Shown here: piece after piece, positions 12,567 to 27,227 of the stretch | How positions within the stretch are numbered: the first letter of the stretch is position 1 | How the letters are laid out: each line of letters starts with the position of its first letter | Assembly: GCA_964016885.1 (NCBI GenBank) | Contig: OZ024743.1 | Location: 270,506,001-270,570,000, forward strand | Origin: Eledone cirrhosa | Lineage: Eukaryota | Length of the DNA: 64,000 nt | Direction of reading: 5' to 3' | Program-made: the position numbers and the translations under genes | The notes under the pieces: model-generated | Database searches by the model: none | The model's input: only the letters and a program-made list of their open reading frames with translations | Told to the model about the DNA's origin: nothing

Positions 12567-13274
12567 GCTTAGACTCTCACCAAGTTTTAATCCAGGACTG
12601 TGTGAAGAATTTCAAATATTAGGACAGTACGATCTCTGATGACAACAGCCCGGACGCAAATATGACTCACCACACCAATTCTGCATAAAAGAGGCATAAA
12701 CTGTCAACAAAATGCTGCATTTTCTGTATTGTCGATATGTGCGTGTACGTATATATGTATGTTTGTGAATGTGTGTGTGTGTGTATATGTAAGTGTGTAC
12801 GTGTCTGTGTGAAAGAGTGAGCGTGTGTGGAGAAGGTAGCTTTTACCTCCGTCACTTCGCTCGACGTATGTCCTAGTCGTTTGATAAATATAACAGCTTG
12901 CTCCTGAAATTAACGTACACTTGGTTGAGTATTCCACAAACACGTGTACCATTAACTTGGTTCCCGGAAAGATTCCGCATGACACAATCTGTAACAAGGA
13001 TGGATCTTTGATTTACTGAGTCAAATTATGTTTAAGTAGTTGAATGGAATGGGGTAATGTGGAACAAAGTGTCTTGCTTAACACAGCCAGGAATTGATCC
13101 CATGACCTTTCGATCATAAGCCAAACAGCCTTACCACAAAGACACACACCTTCACGACCGTCGACATACCATTAAGCCGACTGATTGTTAAGTACGCCAT
13201 TTACGAAATATAATAAACAATTTTTGCCAAGACTACAACTTCAATCAGGTGGTCCAGCAGCAGGTAGATATACC

Positions 13275-13630
13275 TCGTATTGAGACAACAGTTACGCAGA
13301 ATTGGAGACATGATTTGTATAGTAGAGCCGCTATTTCTCCGAATTGAAAGTTCACAGCTCCGATACTATGAGCTTAGGGTTAGAATGTCTCAGAAAAGAA
13401 TCACTGGACAGATTTTACGGGCAAAACCAACCGACAAGAGATCCAGGGGTAAACCCCGAGCAAGATGGTTAGATAACATCCATGAGTTTAGCTGGTCACG
13501 CTTGGGGATCCAGCAGGATTAGTTGGAGACGGTTGTTGCTGACAGGACCCGCTGGAAGGAGGGTTTGAGGACTCTGCCACCACGACCTTCACAAGAAGAA
13601 GAAGAAGAAGAAGAAGAAGAAGAAGAAGAA
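13275..13630 (+). mobile_element. RTE LINE 3' fragment with (GAA)n tail
   Basis: EPLFLRIESSQLRYY...VRMSQKRI...KRSRGKPRARWLDNI is a typical RTE C-terminus; GAA tail at 13593-13630. Confidence 0.75.
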
Positions 13631-14103
13631 TAGACTGGGATTGTTAAGGCAATACTCTACGGCGAGCTTAAGAGTAGTGGCCGTTGAAGAGAGCGTTCGA
13701 AATGCCGTTATAAGAATGTGATCACGTGATATCTCAACGATGCAGTTGAAGTAATTGAAACTGGACGCAAAAGGCAGCCATCAATCTTGAACGGTAGTGG
13801 ACTGTTGCAACAATGAAAGGCGTAAGATTTGCAAAGTTGAAATGGACGAAACAACAGGAAGGAAAATGAGAAAAAAATATTGCAGCAAGATTCATTATAT
13901 TGTCTCTGCCAATACGAACATGAATGTATCAGCGGGTTTAGTCTACGTACAATCCTATGAAAGAGCAAAGCATCATCGATTGAGTTTCTTCAACAGTGAG
14001 AGATAAAGGAACTTCGTTGCTTTTCCGTGTTGAAGAAGTAAAAATAAATCAAATTAAAAACGATCGATACGGAACAACTACACTGCCGCAATAAAATAGG
14101 AAT

Positions 14104-14457
14104 ATAATTGTTTCTACTTTTGGCACAAGGCCAGCAATTATACCAGAGAATAACTGGTATTTTATTTTATCGATCCCGTAAGGATGAAAGGCAAAGTTAA
14201 CCTCGGCGGGATTTGAAATCAGACTGTAAAGGGGCGTAACTCTATGCTGCGAACATAGTATCCGACCCTCTACTGATACTGCCAATCTACTAGAAATATA
14301 ATTGTTTCTGCTTTTGGCACAAGGCCAGCAATTACCCAGTACATTACTGGTACTTTAATTTATTGACCCCGTATGGATGAAAGGCAAAGTTAACCTCGGC
14401 GAGATTTTGAACTCAGATCGTAAAGGGACATAACTATGCTGGAAAGAAGGAATCCAC
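14104..14457 (-). mobile_element. Two tandem family-A SINEs
   Basis: Consensus repeated at ~14104-14288 and ~14298-14457. Confidence 0.85.
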
Positions 14458-14867
14458 TAGAAATATAATGTTTGTAAACTTCACAGCAAATACTCAACAG
14501 ATGCTAAATTTACAATTTAAAATAAGTTCAAATGTATTGAGTACTTCATAGATTAGATTTCTAACTGTAAAGGTCATGTGTTATGTATGGATTGAGTAGC
14601 AAAAGTAGATTTTCACAGCAAGACTTATAGCTTAAAAAACTATAGTTATATTTACATTAAATTTATGTTAGATCTAATATATAGGTGTGTGTGTGTGTAT
14701 TTGTGTATGTGTGTGTGTTTGTGTGTGTGTGTGCGTGTGTGTGTGTGGATGTGTGTGTGTGTGCGTGTGTGTGTTTGTCTTGTCTAATATATATATAAAT
14801 ATATATATGAGGAAAAAAGATGAAATCGAAAATGCAACTGGAGTCTTTTAAAATATTTATTTGGTTC

Positions 14868-14903
14868 CTTTACCGGTTTCGCAGTTCTTGTGCTTTTCAA
14901 AAG
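14868..14903 (-). ncRNA. Minimal hammerhead ribozyme, U3-A8 variant
   Basis: Minus strand: CTT-TTGAAAA-GCA-caagaac-TGC-GAA-ACCGGT-A-AAG; all three stems pair; lies downstream of the GIY-YIG remnant on the same strand. Confidence 0.75.
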
Positions 14904-16179
14904 TAGAATTGAGATGGAGCGTTTGTGATTTTTCTCGCATCTGGTTGGTGTTCGAATGTTACTTCTGTTTTATATGGAAAAAGGTGGCTCGAAATGCTAG
15001 GTTTTTAGAAAAGTAATTTGGTTGGTTGATGACTGTCATGTGAGTAAGTATAATAAATTTCGCGCCAGTTCGCGTTACAAAGTTCTTATTATATTTGCCT
15101 TTAAAAAAAAGGGGGGGGGGTTCAGATTGTTTTTTTCATATATGAGTGAAATTTGGTTGGTTGATGCAGTCACGTGAATAAGCACATCAACTTTCGCGCC
15201 AATTTGTGTTTGAATTTCTTTTTACTTAAAAAAAGTGGCTCAAGAAGGGGTTTTTTTATAAATGTAATTTGATTGGTTATAAATGAAATTATGACTGTCA
15301 CGTGAACAAGTACATTAAATTTTGCGCCCATATTTGGGAATTTTTTTGTAGCCATTTAGAGAATTTCGTGCCAAACAAAAGATAATGGTCAAGAAAAAAG
15401 GGATGGGGAGAATTGTTCTGGTTCAGTGAGTATGGCTGATGTGCTGCGGTGTCAAAATTCAGACTTTCTATTGAAATAAAGAAAGTGAAGTTGGATAAAT
15501 TTGGTAGTTCGTATTTAAGAGTATTATACTGTTCTCGTATGTCACAGCAACTTAATCTGTAGCAGTAGGCCAATAGTAGTGAAGTTAGTGGTAATGATGG
15601 TAGAGTTGGTGTGGGTGATCTTAGAAACTGTCCTACAAAATATCTGGACCATCGAAATACTAAGCAAACATCAAGTTCTAGAAAATCAAACTTTCCAGTT
15701 GTTGTCTTCCTGTTTCTTCTACAACAACTATAACGGTACGCGATGGGGCCTACCCACAGCCCCGGCGGACAGAATGGAGAATAAAGAAAGTAGAGATATG
15801 TATTTTTATTTGTGTGCTGGTGTGTGTGTGTGTGTGTGTGTAGGAAGATGATTCTATTAGTAGAAATGGGGGAGGGAGTTATATGTGTGTGTATGCGTGT
15901 TATATGTGTGTGTATGTGTGTGTGGGAGCATGGTTAGCATGTTAAGATGGAGGGAATATATATATATTTGTGTGTAGCAAAATGATTCCGTTAGTAGAAA
16001 TGGGGGAGGGAGTTGTGTGTGTGTGTAGGGTATAGTTAGCATGTTAAGTTGTTAGAGTATTAACGTATGTTAAGGTTTATTTAGCTCTGGTTTATATTTT
16101 CGAATATAGATGTTATGTGTGTGTGTATATATGTGTCTGTTTGGATGGTTAGCATGTTATGGTGTTGACATAATATATA

Positions 16180-16680
16180 TTAAACTATATTTAATGCTGG
16201 TCTATATTTTTGAATAAACATATTTTCCTTATTTATTCGTATTTGTTCTGTTGTATTGTCAACGCAAAGATAAAATGGGAAGACTTGGAATTTGGGTGTC
16301 TTATTACTTGCGCATATGTCTAGATGTGCACTGAGTGGTATCTGTCTTGTGGTAGAGTCTCGTAATTGTTGGCGATGAATTGTCATTCTGTTTCTGAGTG
16401 TGAGTTTAGTTTGTCCTATATAATCTTCATTGCATCCTTTACTTTTAATGGCATAAAATAAATTTTTTGATGAGCAAGTGAAGTGATTTTTTACAACAAA
16501 ATTTTGTCCTGATTGAAATGTATACGTGTTGCCTTCAATGAAGTGAGTGCAGGTTCCACAATTAGAACGGCCACATTTTTTGACAGTTGGTTGTGGGTTT
16601 GTGGTAGGTAATTTGGCATTGGTGAGTACTGTTTTTAGTGATTTCGGTTGTCTTTTGCTTTTGATTATTTTGTGGTTGAT
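16180..16680 (-). pseudogene. Penelope-like element GIY-YIG endonuclease domain with Cys-rich linker
   Basis: KQPKSLKTVLTNAKL...CGRSNCGTC...FTCSSKNFIYAIKSKGCNEDYIGQT...LRNRMTIHRQQ...ENMFIQKYRPALN; 5' truncated near (TA)n. Confidence 0.9.
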
Positions 16681-16715
16681 ATCTATGTTTACGTTTAATA
16701 TATATATTTACTATA

Positions 16716-16811
<96 letters not shown>

Positions 16812-16948
16812 TATATTAAACGTAAACATTATAACAACCACACACATACGGGCGCACATTATATTTGCCTTTCATCCTTACGGGGTCGATAAAATAAAGT
16901 AACTGTAATTCACTGGGTAATTGATGGCCTTGTGCCAAAAGTAGAAAC

Positions 16949-17034
<86 letters not shown>

Positions 17035-17237
17035 GTTTTTACACTTGAAATATTAGGACAGGTAAATTAAATAAAAGGTAGCACACTAACATCTTTGTTG
17101 CCTTCAATTTATTCCGAAATCAACCATCCATTTTGCATTATTGTAGTCTTCGAATAAAACAACTTATTACACACATACACACACACACACACACGCCCCA
17201 TCCCCCATATATATATATACAGGAAATGATTCTTGAC

Positions 17238-17499
17238 TCTTTTCCTATTACCCACTCTACTACCCAGTATCGAGTACTTTGGTGCGTTATGGCCCACCTG
17301 GTTACTTACCACACATTCTTCGTTATATCGTTATATATATATATAACGAAGGAGGTGTGGTAAGGAACTAGATCTACCATAACGCACCAGAGTACTCAAT
17401 ACTTAGGATAGTAGAGTGGGTAATAGGAAAATGTTTAACTTCGACGGCAGAGCTCGAAACGGCTTGAGCTCTGCCGTCGGGGTTAAACATTTTCCTATA

Positions 17500-17531
<32 letters not shown>

Positions 17532-17570
17532 TTCGTTTCTGAATTTGGCAACATGACCCTCCCAAAGCAT

Positions 17571-17620
<50 letters not shown>

Positions 17621-17851
17621 CGAAGGAAATATGGTAAGGAACCAGATGGACCATAACGCACCAAAGTACTCAATACTTAGGGTAGTAGAGTGGGTAATAG
17701 GAACAATTAGAACCCCGACGGCAGAGCTCAAGCCGTTTCGACGGCTAATTCTGGACTAATTCTGGCTAATTCGACGGCTAATTCTGGGCTAATTCTAGAC
17801 AGAATTAGCCGTCGAAACGGCTTGAGCTCGGCCGTCGGGGTCCTACTTGTT

Positions 17852-17855
<4 letters not shown>
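17238..17855. mobile_element. Cluster of direct and inverted GCCGTCGAAACGGC modules
   Basis: Alternating orientations separated by (TA)n; fold-back at ~17696-17855 with a stuttered CTAATTCTGG spacer. Confidence 0.75.
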
Positions 17856-17904
<49 letters not shown>

Positions 17905-18173
17905 GGTGAACTTCTGCAGTTTTTGTCCACCAGCTTTCACTGGCAAAGTATAGGTCAGAACAAGGCCGACAATAGAAAATGCTTGTTCAAGAAGTTGCGC
18001 AGCGAGAGCATTCTCAGGGCCTTATGGTTACGAGGCGAAATCCTTAACCTACCTTCACTTTTATATTCAAAGATTACCGATATACTCGGCTAAAGTGCTA
18101 AATTTTAGAGCTGTCGAAAATTAATCATTCGGTTTGTCTGTGTATGATAATATATTCATAGAATTGTGGTTAC

Positions 18174-18212
<39 letters not shown>

Positions 18213-18216
18213 AATA

Positions 18217-18272
<56 letters not shown>

Positions 18273-18412
18273 TGTGTGTATATATATGTGTGTGTGTGTG
18301 TATATATATACATATATAGATGAATATATATATATATATATCATATATGTGTGTGTGTATATATATATATATGTATATATATATATGTTTATATATATGT
18401 ATGTATATATGT

Positions 18413-18452
<40 letters not shown>

Positions 18453-18517
18453 ACATATATATACATATATATACATACAAATATATATATATATACACAG
18501 ACACACACACACACACT

Positions 18518-18555
<38 letters not shown>

Positions 18556-18595
18556 TATATACACACACATATATATATATATTCATCTATATATG

Positions 18596-18667
<72 letters not shown>

Positions 18668-18844
18668 TGGTGGTGTCTGTGATGATCTGGAAGGATAGTC
18701 TGTTTGAAGTGTACACGTCCACATGTTTAAACAGACAGACAGACGTTCCCTTCGCGCTTCTCCTGTCAGAGAAGACCGATTGTTGTAGAACATGTCCGGG
18801 TCAACAGGCAGCTAGACTCACGTCGTCTCATACTGTTGCTCATA

Positions 18845-18845
<1 letters not shown>

Positions 18846-18908
<63 letters not shown>

Positions 18909-18936
18909 TCTTCTCTCTCTCTCTCTCTCTCTCTCC

Positions 18937-18969
<33 letters not shown>

Positions 18970-18985
18970 TCATCTATCTATCTCT

Positions 18986-19017
<32 letters not shown>

Positions 19018-19020
19018 CCC

Positions 19021-19060
<40 letters not shown>

Positions 19061-19084
19061 CTCTCTCTCTATCTATCTATCTCC

Positions 19085-19116
<32 letters not shown>

Positions 19117-19247
19117 CCCCTCTCTCTCTCTCTCTCTCTCTCCCCCCCCCTCTCGCTCTCCCCCCTCTCCTCCCCCTCTCTCCCCTCTCTCCTCTCCTCT
19201 CTCGTTCTTCCCCCCTCCTCCCTCTCCTCTCTCTCTCTCTCTATCTA

Positions 19248-19279
<32 letters not shown>

Positions 19280-19281
19280 TT

Positions 19282-19375
<94 letters not shown>

Positions 19376-19401
19376 CCTCTCCCTCTCCCTCTCCCTCTCT
19401 C
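18846..19401. repeat. (CT)n polypyrimidine tract
   Basis: Direct reading. Confidence 0.95.
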
Positions 19402-19446
19402 TGTATATATATACATACATACATATATATATATATGTATGTATAA

Positions 19447-19502
<56 letters not shown>

Positions 19503-19504
19503 AA

Positions 19505-19582
<78 letters not shown>

Positions 19583-19847
19583 ATATAGATAGATAGATAT
19601 ATACGTTGAAAGGTAGATATATGAGGTATATATGAATATGTATATACATATATGCATATAGATACATGCATATATATCTCAACATATATACATACAAATA
19701 CCTATCCATATTTACATTCATATATATGTATAGTATACATATATACATATATATATATATATGCGTATATGTGTGTGTATATATATATATATATATATTA
19801 TACATAGAGAGAGAGAGAGAGAGAGAGAGAGATACATACACATACAT

Positions 19848-19908
<61 letters not shown>

Positions 19909-20240
19909 AAAGCTTCGATTTTACTAAGCTTCCACTTGTATAATATATATATATATATACAAGTGGAAGATTAGTAAAATCGAAGCTTTGGTTGTGGCGA
20001 GCAAAGTCGATCTACAATATGAATGAGTTAGCAAAGCACTCAATAAGGGTAGTTCCTGAGAGTAGTAACATACGTTTAAATAGCTTGACAAATTGAATAT
20101 TGCGGTAGGCAAAACCTAACACACATTACCAAAGTAACGAAAAAACTAACAGGTTAGTGTGTGTCTGATGGTAGCTACGATGCTTCCATAGGCGGTATGC
20201 CGGTTGAGCACTCTATGTTCTTACAGTGCAGAGTGTGATA

Positions 20241-20492
20241 TAATATAAAAAGAAAAAATAAGTGATGCATCTGAACTCAATTTATTGTGTTACAATTGTT
20301 TCGCCGGCGGACAGCTCGAAACACGATCATTGTGTGGGGTCTGTCTGATTCTGGACCCGCAGGTTCGACGGACACGTCTAATGATTTCGGAGCAAATTCT
20401 TTCACGATCGTGTCTCGAGCTGTCCGCCGGCGAAACAATTGTAACACAATAAATTGAGTTCAGATCCATCACTGATTTTTCGTTTTATATTA
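20241..20492. mobile_element. Fold-back module containing a degenerate HHR
   Basis: IR 20241-20328 / 20406-20492; + strand gt-CTAATGA...CCGGC-GAA-ACAATTGT-A-ac (G5 mutated); third partial arm at 20528-20560. Confidence 0.65.
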
Positions 20493-21604
20493 CTGATCTG
20501 ATATCGTTTTATATTACTGATCTTATAGATCTGAACTCAATTTATTGTGTTACAATTGTTTATATATATATATAAGTATGTATACGTACATACATATATG
20601 TATACAGGCGTACAGTAGTATGTTATATATATATACATACATGCACACATATATATATGTACGTATGGATTAACCGAACATTTATTATAATGCTCGGTGT
20701 GTTGTAAACAAACATCCCGAATTAAGCCGTACAGTGTCTAGCAACCATCGTTGCTCATTTGTTCAACACTGACAAAAGAACGCTGTACTAGTTTCAAGCT
20801 TATTAGCTAGCGTCAGCAACGTATACCTTCCTGCCAGATGATTGAACGTCTGAAAGTATATACTTTCCTTATGCATATTAACGGCTGAGTAGCCTAATTT
20901 GCATATCGTGTGAGTTAATCTACCGGGCGCACCGAGAACGATAAACGGAAAAAATGAAACGAAATTTCATTTCTCACTCTTAGTACGGCTGTTACTTAAA
21001 TATATGTATACGTACATACATATATGTATACAGACGTACAGTAGTATGTATATAATATGCACACATATATACATATATGCACACATATATACGATGGTTG
21101 CTAGACAGGAGGGAGGGAGAGAGAGGGGGAAAGAGAGAGAGGATGAGACTTTGAATGAGCTAAACCTGTTCCAAATTCAATATTCATAAATAATTGTTTC
21201 TATTTTTGGCACAAGGCCAACAATTATTCCAGTGTATTACTGGTACTTTATTTTATCGACCACGTAAGGATGAAAGGCAAAGTTAACCTCATAATGTTAA
21301 TCCTAATGTTTCTCCAGACATAAACATAACACAGATAACATTTATACACAAATACACCTAACATAATATGACTATCTCTATAAACACAGATATACCAAAC
21401 TAAACAGTAAATAACTTTATACACAGTTACAGCAAGCATAAAATAACTACATTCATACACAGCCGTGTCGACTGCGTTTTTACACACACACAGATTATAA
21501 AACGTAATATAAAAAGCACACAGAGGTACATCTAACATCACACACATACACACACATACACACACACACATATGTATATATATATATTTGATTATTTGAA
21601 GTCC

Positions 21605-21690
<86 letters not shown>

Positions 21691-21722
21691 CGGGATGGCT
21701 GGAACAGGTAAAGAGTAAAAGA

Positions 21723-21768
<46 letters not shown>

Positions 21769-21801
21769 CGGGATGGCTGGAACAGGTAAAAGAGTAAAAG
21801 A

Positions 21802-21859
<58 letters not shown>

Positions 21860-21863
<4 letters not shown>

Positions 21864-22482
21864 CGTTTCTGAATTTGTTTAGCAAGATTCTTTATCTGAA
21901 AACGTGTGTTGAAACCGATATTGTTATACTTTGGGAGGGTCATGTTGCCAATAAGAAACACACGCACCAGTTGCTTTCACTTCAATTTATTATAATAAAT
22001 TTATAAATTTAGGAATTTATAAATTTCCGGTTGGTTGGTTGGTTCCACAACTAGATAGTTGTTTATATATTGTCAAAGTTCTTTCGTCACACATTATGTG
22101 ACCTCTTCGGTGACTGGGGATTCTTTTCTTTGTTTTTGTGCCTCTCCTTTGTTCTGTCCTACGCCATCTTGTTTTTGTGTGTGTGTTGTGTGCTTAGTTT
22201 GCGCATGTGTTACATCCGGGTGTCTGTGTGTGTTTATATTCGTTTATTTATTTGTTTATTTACAAGTTACTGGTTGGTTGTTTGTTCTATGTGCGTGTGT
22301 GTTTTCATTTTGTCCTTAATTGTAAGTTGTGATGTTGCTGTTCTCCTCATGTTTTCTATTTAATTTTGGTTGGAGTTCATTTATGTTTATTGCCTCTGTG
22401 ATTTGTCTAAAAAAAAAAATTAAAAAAAAAACACGCAATGTTTAGACAAATCACAGAGGCAATAAACATAAATGAACTCCAA
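21860..22482. mobile_element. (TA)n-anchored repeat family (TTTCGTTTCTGAATTT...) ending in a 42-bp perfect inverted repeat
   Basis: Homologous starts at 11632 and 17531, reverse copy near 6490-6560; IR 22370-22411 / 22441-22482. Confidence 0.6.
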
Positions 22483-22485
22483 TGT

Positions 22486-22690
22486 TGGCTCTCCCGCAGC
22501 CCCGGCGGACAGAATAGAGAAGTCGTTTCCCCGGAGGATCACACCGGCGGGTAGCCAACTCTGTGCCGATGGTCGGTGTATAGAGCTGGCCCTAAAGCCA
22601 AGAACACCTGAAATCTCCTCTGCTACGGGCTTGACTGCAAACCTGTCGGAGAGCGACCAATATTTGGAGAGTTTACCCTCCGCAGCCTAA
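22486..22690 (-). mobile_element. CRE-like LINE 3' fragment
   Basis: Homologous to 47070-47310 (CAGCCCCGGCGGACAGAAT, GCAAACCTGTCGG). Confidence 0.7.
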
Positions 22691-23444
22691 AGTGCAGATA
22701 GAATTGAATCCGATCTTTACAATCACGGATAGTTGATAGATAAATCAACCAGGAACGGTCAAAGGATCGAATCGTTCATTTTATGTATTAACAAGAAATG
22801 ATTTTTGTCCGGTTTAAAAATTACTGTGATGTAAAACAAATTGAGGTTAAGAAAAAGAAAAATAATAACTTTAGAGTTAATGTGATGTAGTAAATAAATA
22901 TATACATATACACCAGGTCTGAACACAAAGGAACCAAACTTCCACTGTCACTGTCACTGTAGTTAGCCAACTCTGTGCCGATGGTGGTAAGAAGGGAGAT
23001 TGCTCTTGAGCGAAGGACACTAGAAGTCTTGTCCTGATTCAAAACTATGTTGGTCAATCTAAGTTTCTATTTGATTTGAAATAACCAGGAACCTTATCAA
23101 TTTTTTTATAACTATGTTCGGCAAACATTTATATTTATCTACAAAGCATTAAATTTATCTTTTCAACTATTCTTATCTTCTGTTATAAGGTCTTTCAAGT
23201 ATGTTAGTCTTCTGAAACAGTTCTGACGGATGACGGAAACGAAATTTCCGAAGCAGAGTTGTCTGTGGGTATAGAAGGAATAAATGCCAAAATGAAATTA
23301 ATAAAAAAATTGAATTATTAAAATTGAATACTCACTCACACACAAAAAGAAATAGGTTGTCTAGTAATTATTTTAAATACAAAAGAAGAAATAAAATTAA
23401 GTTTTCCAACAGAATTTCATACTAATGGTAAATTGTTAAATTAG

Positions 23445-23490
<46 letters not shown>

Positions 23491-24210
23491 TTAAAACAAT
23501 GAAATACAAATTCAAGTCATTAGAAATATACTTCACTGCTTTACGATCGTTTCTAGGTGATAATAATACATCGTACGCATATTTCGTTATCGATCTATGT
23601 AGGGTTAGTTACAAAATATCAGATAAGGAATATATTTACTTACATGTATATCATCAGCTGTTGTCAAAAGCAATGAGAATTTTATTCAAAATCAGTAGTA
23701 AATTGAGTTCTATGACCTTATTTGGAAGTAGCTGAAGAACAAACCAATCAAAATGTTTATTTCCATATGATGTTAAGATGAAAAATAACTCACTTTAGTT
23801 GAGGTCATGACCCTTTGAAAGGAATGGTTGAATGGTGTTAACAATAGAATTGCTATAAAGAACCTATGAGGAAAAAGAGGATTGTCATATTGATAGTTGA
23901 ATGTATATGCTATAGTGAGGTTTAAAAGGAATGTAAAAATTAAATGTTGAGTTGTGTTGTATGGAGTTTTTAGGTGAATATAAATCATGGTCATGACTAG
24001 GAAAGATAGTATATTAAAAGATGAAAATTATAATAAGATAATAAAATAATTGTTTCTACTATTGGCCAGCAATTACTCAGTGCATTACTGGTACTTTATT
24101 TTATCGACCACGTAAGGATGAAAGGCAAAGTTAACCTCGGCGGGATTAATAATATAATAATATAATTGTTTCTATATAATAATATAATATACTTGTTTCT
24201 ACTTTTGGTC

Positions 24211-24242
<32 letters not shown>

Positions 24243-24384
24243 ATTATACTTATATATAATAGGAGAGAGAGGGGGGTGAGAAATGAGGTGCGACAGAAAT
24301 GAAACATGGATCACAGGTTAAAATATAGTTTAGACAGATGTGAAACAAAACGAGGATGTAGTTTATAGAACACCTAAATGATTT

Positions 24385-24825
24385 AGAAGTCGACCTTAAG
24401 TAGGTGCAATAACATTAAGAAAGACATGAACGACACCACAACACTTTGTTTTGAAAATTTTGAAAGTAGGTTTATAAGTATCAATTTCATAAGGTTTTCG
24501 TAGTTGTCTCTGTGGCCTAGCAGTAGGTACTAGAGACGGTGGAGATCCAGGACTTGTGTTCAATCCTGGTCAAGAGGTTCATGTAGCTTTTTTTAAAGTT
24601 TTTATTTTACAACCAATAGAAAAAAAACTGAAAAGGTTTCCTGGGATCGAACTTCAGACTACGATCACCACCGTCTATGATTCCTCCAACCAGGCCACCG
24701 AGACAGCTACAAAAGTATAATGAAAATTGATAATTATAAACCTACTTTCAAAAATCAAAGTTAAAAGGGTGTTGTGTCATTCATGGCTTTCCTAGAACTA
24801 TTAGTAATATTTAGGGTCGACTTCT
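24385..24825. mobile_element. Fold-back element with ~185-bp imperfect arms containing tRNA-like boxes
   Basis: AGAAGTCGACC/GGTCGACTTCT, TTTGAAAGTAGGTTTATAA/TTATAAACCTACTTTCAAA, GTGGCCT...GTTCAATCC mirrored. Confidence 0.7.
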
Positions 24826-25050
24826 GGTCATTATTGAAACTCTCTGGATTTCGCAAAATAAATAAAAAAATTTTATTGGAGAAGGTAAGATATTTTTCCG
24901 CAAAAATTTGATTGCACTGTTTTGTTTCCACATATATATTTTTCGAAAATGTTATTTATTCATTATAAAAATTAAATGATAGCATTCTATACGTAGGTGG
25001 GCCCCCCTCTTCATCTCCTGGCAACCAATATTTTTAGACCTAGTCCGCCA

Positions 25051-25091
<41 letters not shown>

Positions 25092-25179
25092 GGAAAAATT
25101 TGAACAGGGACAAAACAGAGAGGCAGTACAATAAATGTTTATTAATTTCACGCTCAGGAGAGTGGGGGGTAAGTGGGGG

Positions 25180-25212
25180 ACGACGTTTCGGGCATAAGCC
25201 CTTCCTCAGGTG
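25180..25212 (-). ncRNA. Minimal hammerhead ribozyme (GAAACGT family)
   Basis: Minus strand: ac-CTGAGGA-aGGGC-ttat-GCCC-GAA-ACGT-C-gt; GUC cleavage triplet; module 25090-25255 between (TA)n. Confidence 0.75.
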
Positions 25213-25252
25213 AGAAGTGTGTGGGAACAGAGTTCAAAAGGTGTGTAGGGGA

Positions 25253-25357
<105 letters not shown>

Positions 25358-25972
25358 GCGCGCGTAGATGTGCATGTGTGAGTGTTTATAAAAGAAGAGA
25401 CTGTCCGTCTTTTTCCGTTGTCTTTGTCTGGAGCGCCCTTTTTATTCCTATTTTTAACGCCGATCTAAAAATTGTGATTACACAGCCGATATGTACCTTT
25501 ATTCTTTCCTTTCATTGCTTCTACTTTTTTCTCTCTTAATCTCGCTTCTTTCGTCTCTACCTACTTTTCTCTCCTCCACTTCCTGTATCATAGGCTGCTT
25601 ACACGGCCACATTTCTCTTCGTAGCTAGATGAGTCGTCACTCTTTATGTGACCCCTCTTCGTTTATTTATGTTTTTCTCTTTTTGACTAAAGTATTGCCC
25701 AGCGCGTTTTTATCTCTTCTTTTGCATTTGAAGCCCATTGGTTTGTAGCATTTTTTGGCTGTGTTTGTGTCATTCGTCGAAGGGCACAATTTGTCCTGTT
25801 TCCCTTTTGTACGTTGTTACCGTCCCATGTGCACTGGAATGAATAGTCTCGACCTTAATGAATCGAAGCTATAAGGATTTCCAGAGGTTGACTGAAGAGA
25901 AAGTACTGTCCATTTTATCTGTTGTCGTTGTCTTTCTTTGACACACACACGCACACACACGCACGCACATAC

Positions 25973-26112
<140 letters not shown>

Positions 26113-26880
26113 GTATATAAGATCTCTAGAATGAAGGATATATCTGATGACAGAATGTTGTATTTAGTGCTCTGCAACTCTACAAAGACCAGATATTGAG
26201 AGTGGTTGCCGTCGTTCATCCTCCTGTGGTTGCTAAAATAAAGTACAAGGTAAAAAATCTGGCCTCGTGCCTACAATAGAAATCATTATTTGCTTATTTT
26301 CTTTATCCACTTTATGTCAAACCTTATGACAATGTAAAGAGTGTATTGCATCAACCTCATATTTTCGAATATTCTTAAACCTCCTGTTTTTGTGCGTTAC
26401 CAGATAACTACATACCGAAGATAAAGCACTAAATATACTTCCGCCTTTCATGAGATTGGCATATATCTGATATATTCCCTGTTACGCTTGTACTGTTTGT
26501 CTTTAACCCTTTTGATACCAAACTGTCTGAAATAGCCCTTGGTTCTATGATACAAAACTGCTTTTATGAGTTTATATTATCTAAAACTTGTTATCGTTAT
26601 TTTAAGTCATGTACCAAACACCAGCTTAATGATGTAAAAGTTAGTTGTATAATTCTTGGTTATTTCGCTGCCATATTTCATTAAAAGTATGGTAACGAAA
26701 CCGTTTTTGAGAGTTTTTTTACAGAAGAAAAAACATTTTTGTGTTATTAGTTATATGCTGTATGATCAGAAGTCAGTGAAAAGTTTGAAAATTTAAAATA
26801 AGGGGATATCATATATGTCTTTGATCTCTCACTGTTAAGCCAAGGTGACATTTATCATTGATAAGTTAATGTGACCATTG

Positions 26881-26914
<34 letters not shown>

Positions 26915-27162
26915 TATGTGTGTGCTTGTATGTATGTATATATATTAGGTAGTAACATGTGCTGACGCCGTATTTGACTAAATATAATTAGTCTGTTAGT
27001 TGGGATTTAAAAAAAACCATCTGCATGGAAAATGGATGAGTATTGACTTACATAGGACACGAACCAACAGCTTTGGCTTGCCTGACCAATGTATTACCAT
27101 TACACCAACACACTACCTATGCTTTCTTTCATTCAATTAGAAGCTATATAACCATATATATC

Positions 27163-27223
<61 letters not shown>

Positions 27224-27227
27224 TGTG

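Noticed and set aside
23221-23265. GGATGA-cGGAAA...TTTCC-GAAGC hammerhead-like motif
   Set aside because: Two core defects; possibly a decayed HHR but not supportable alone
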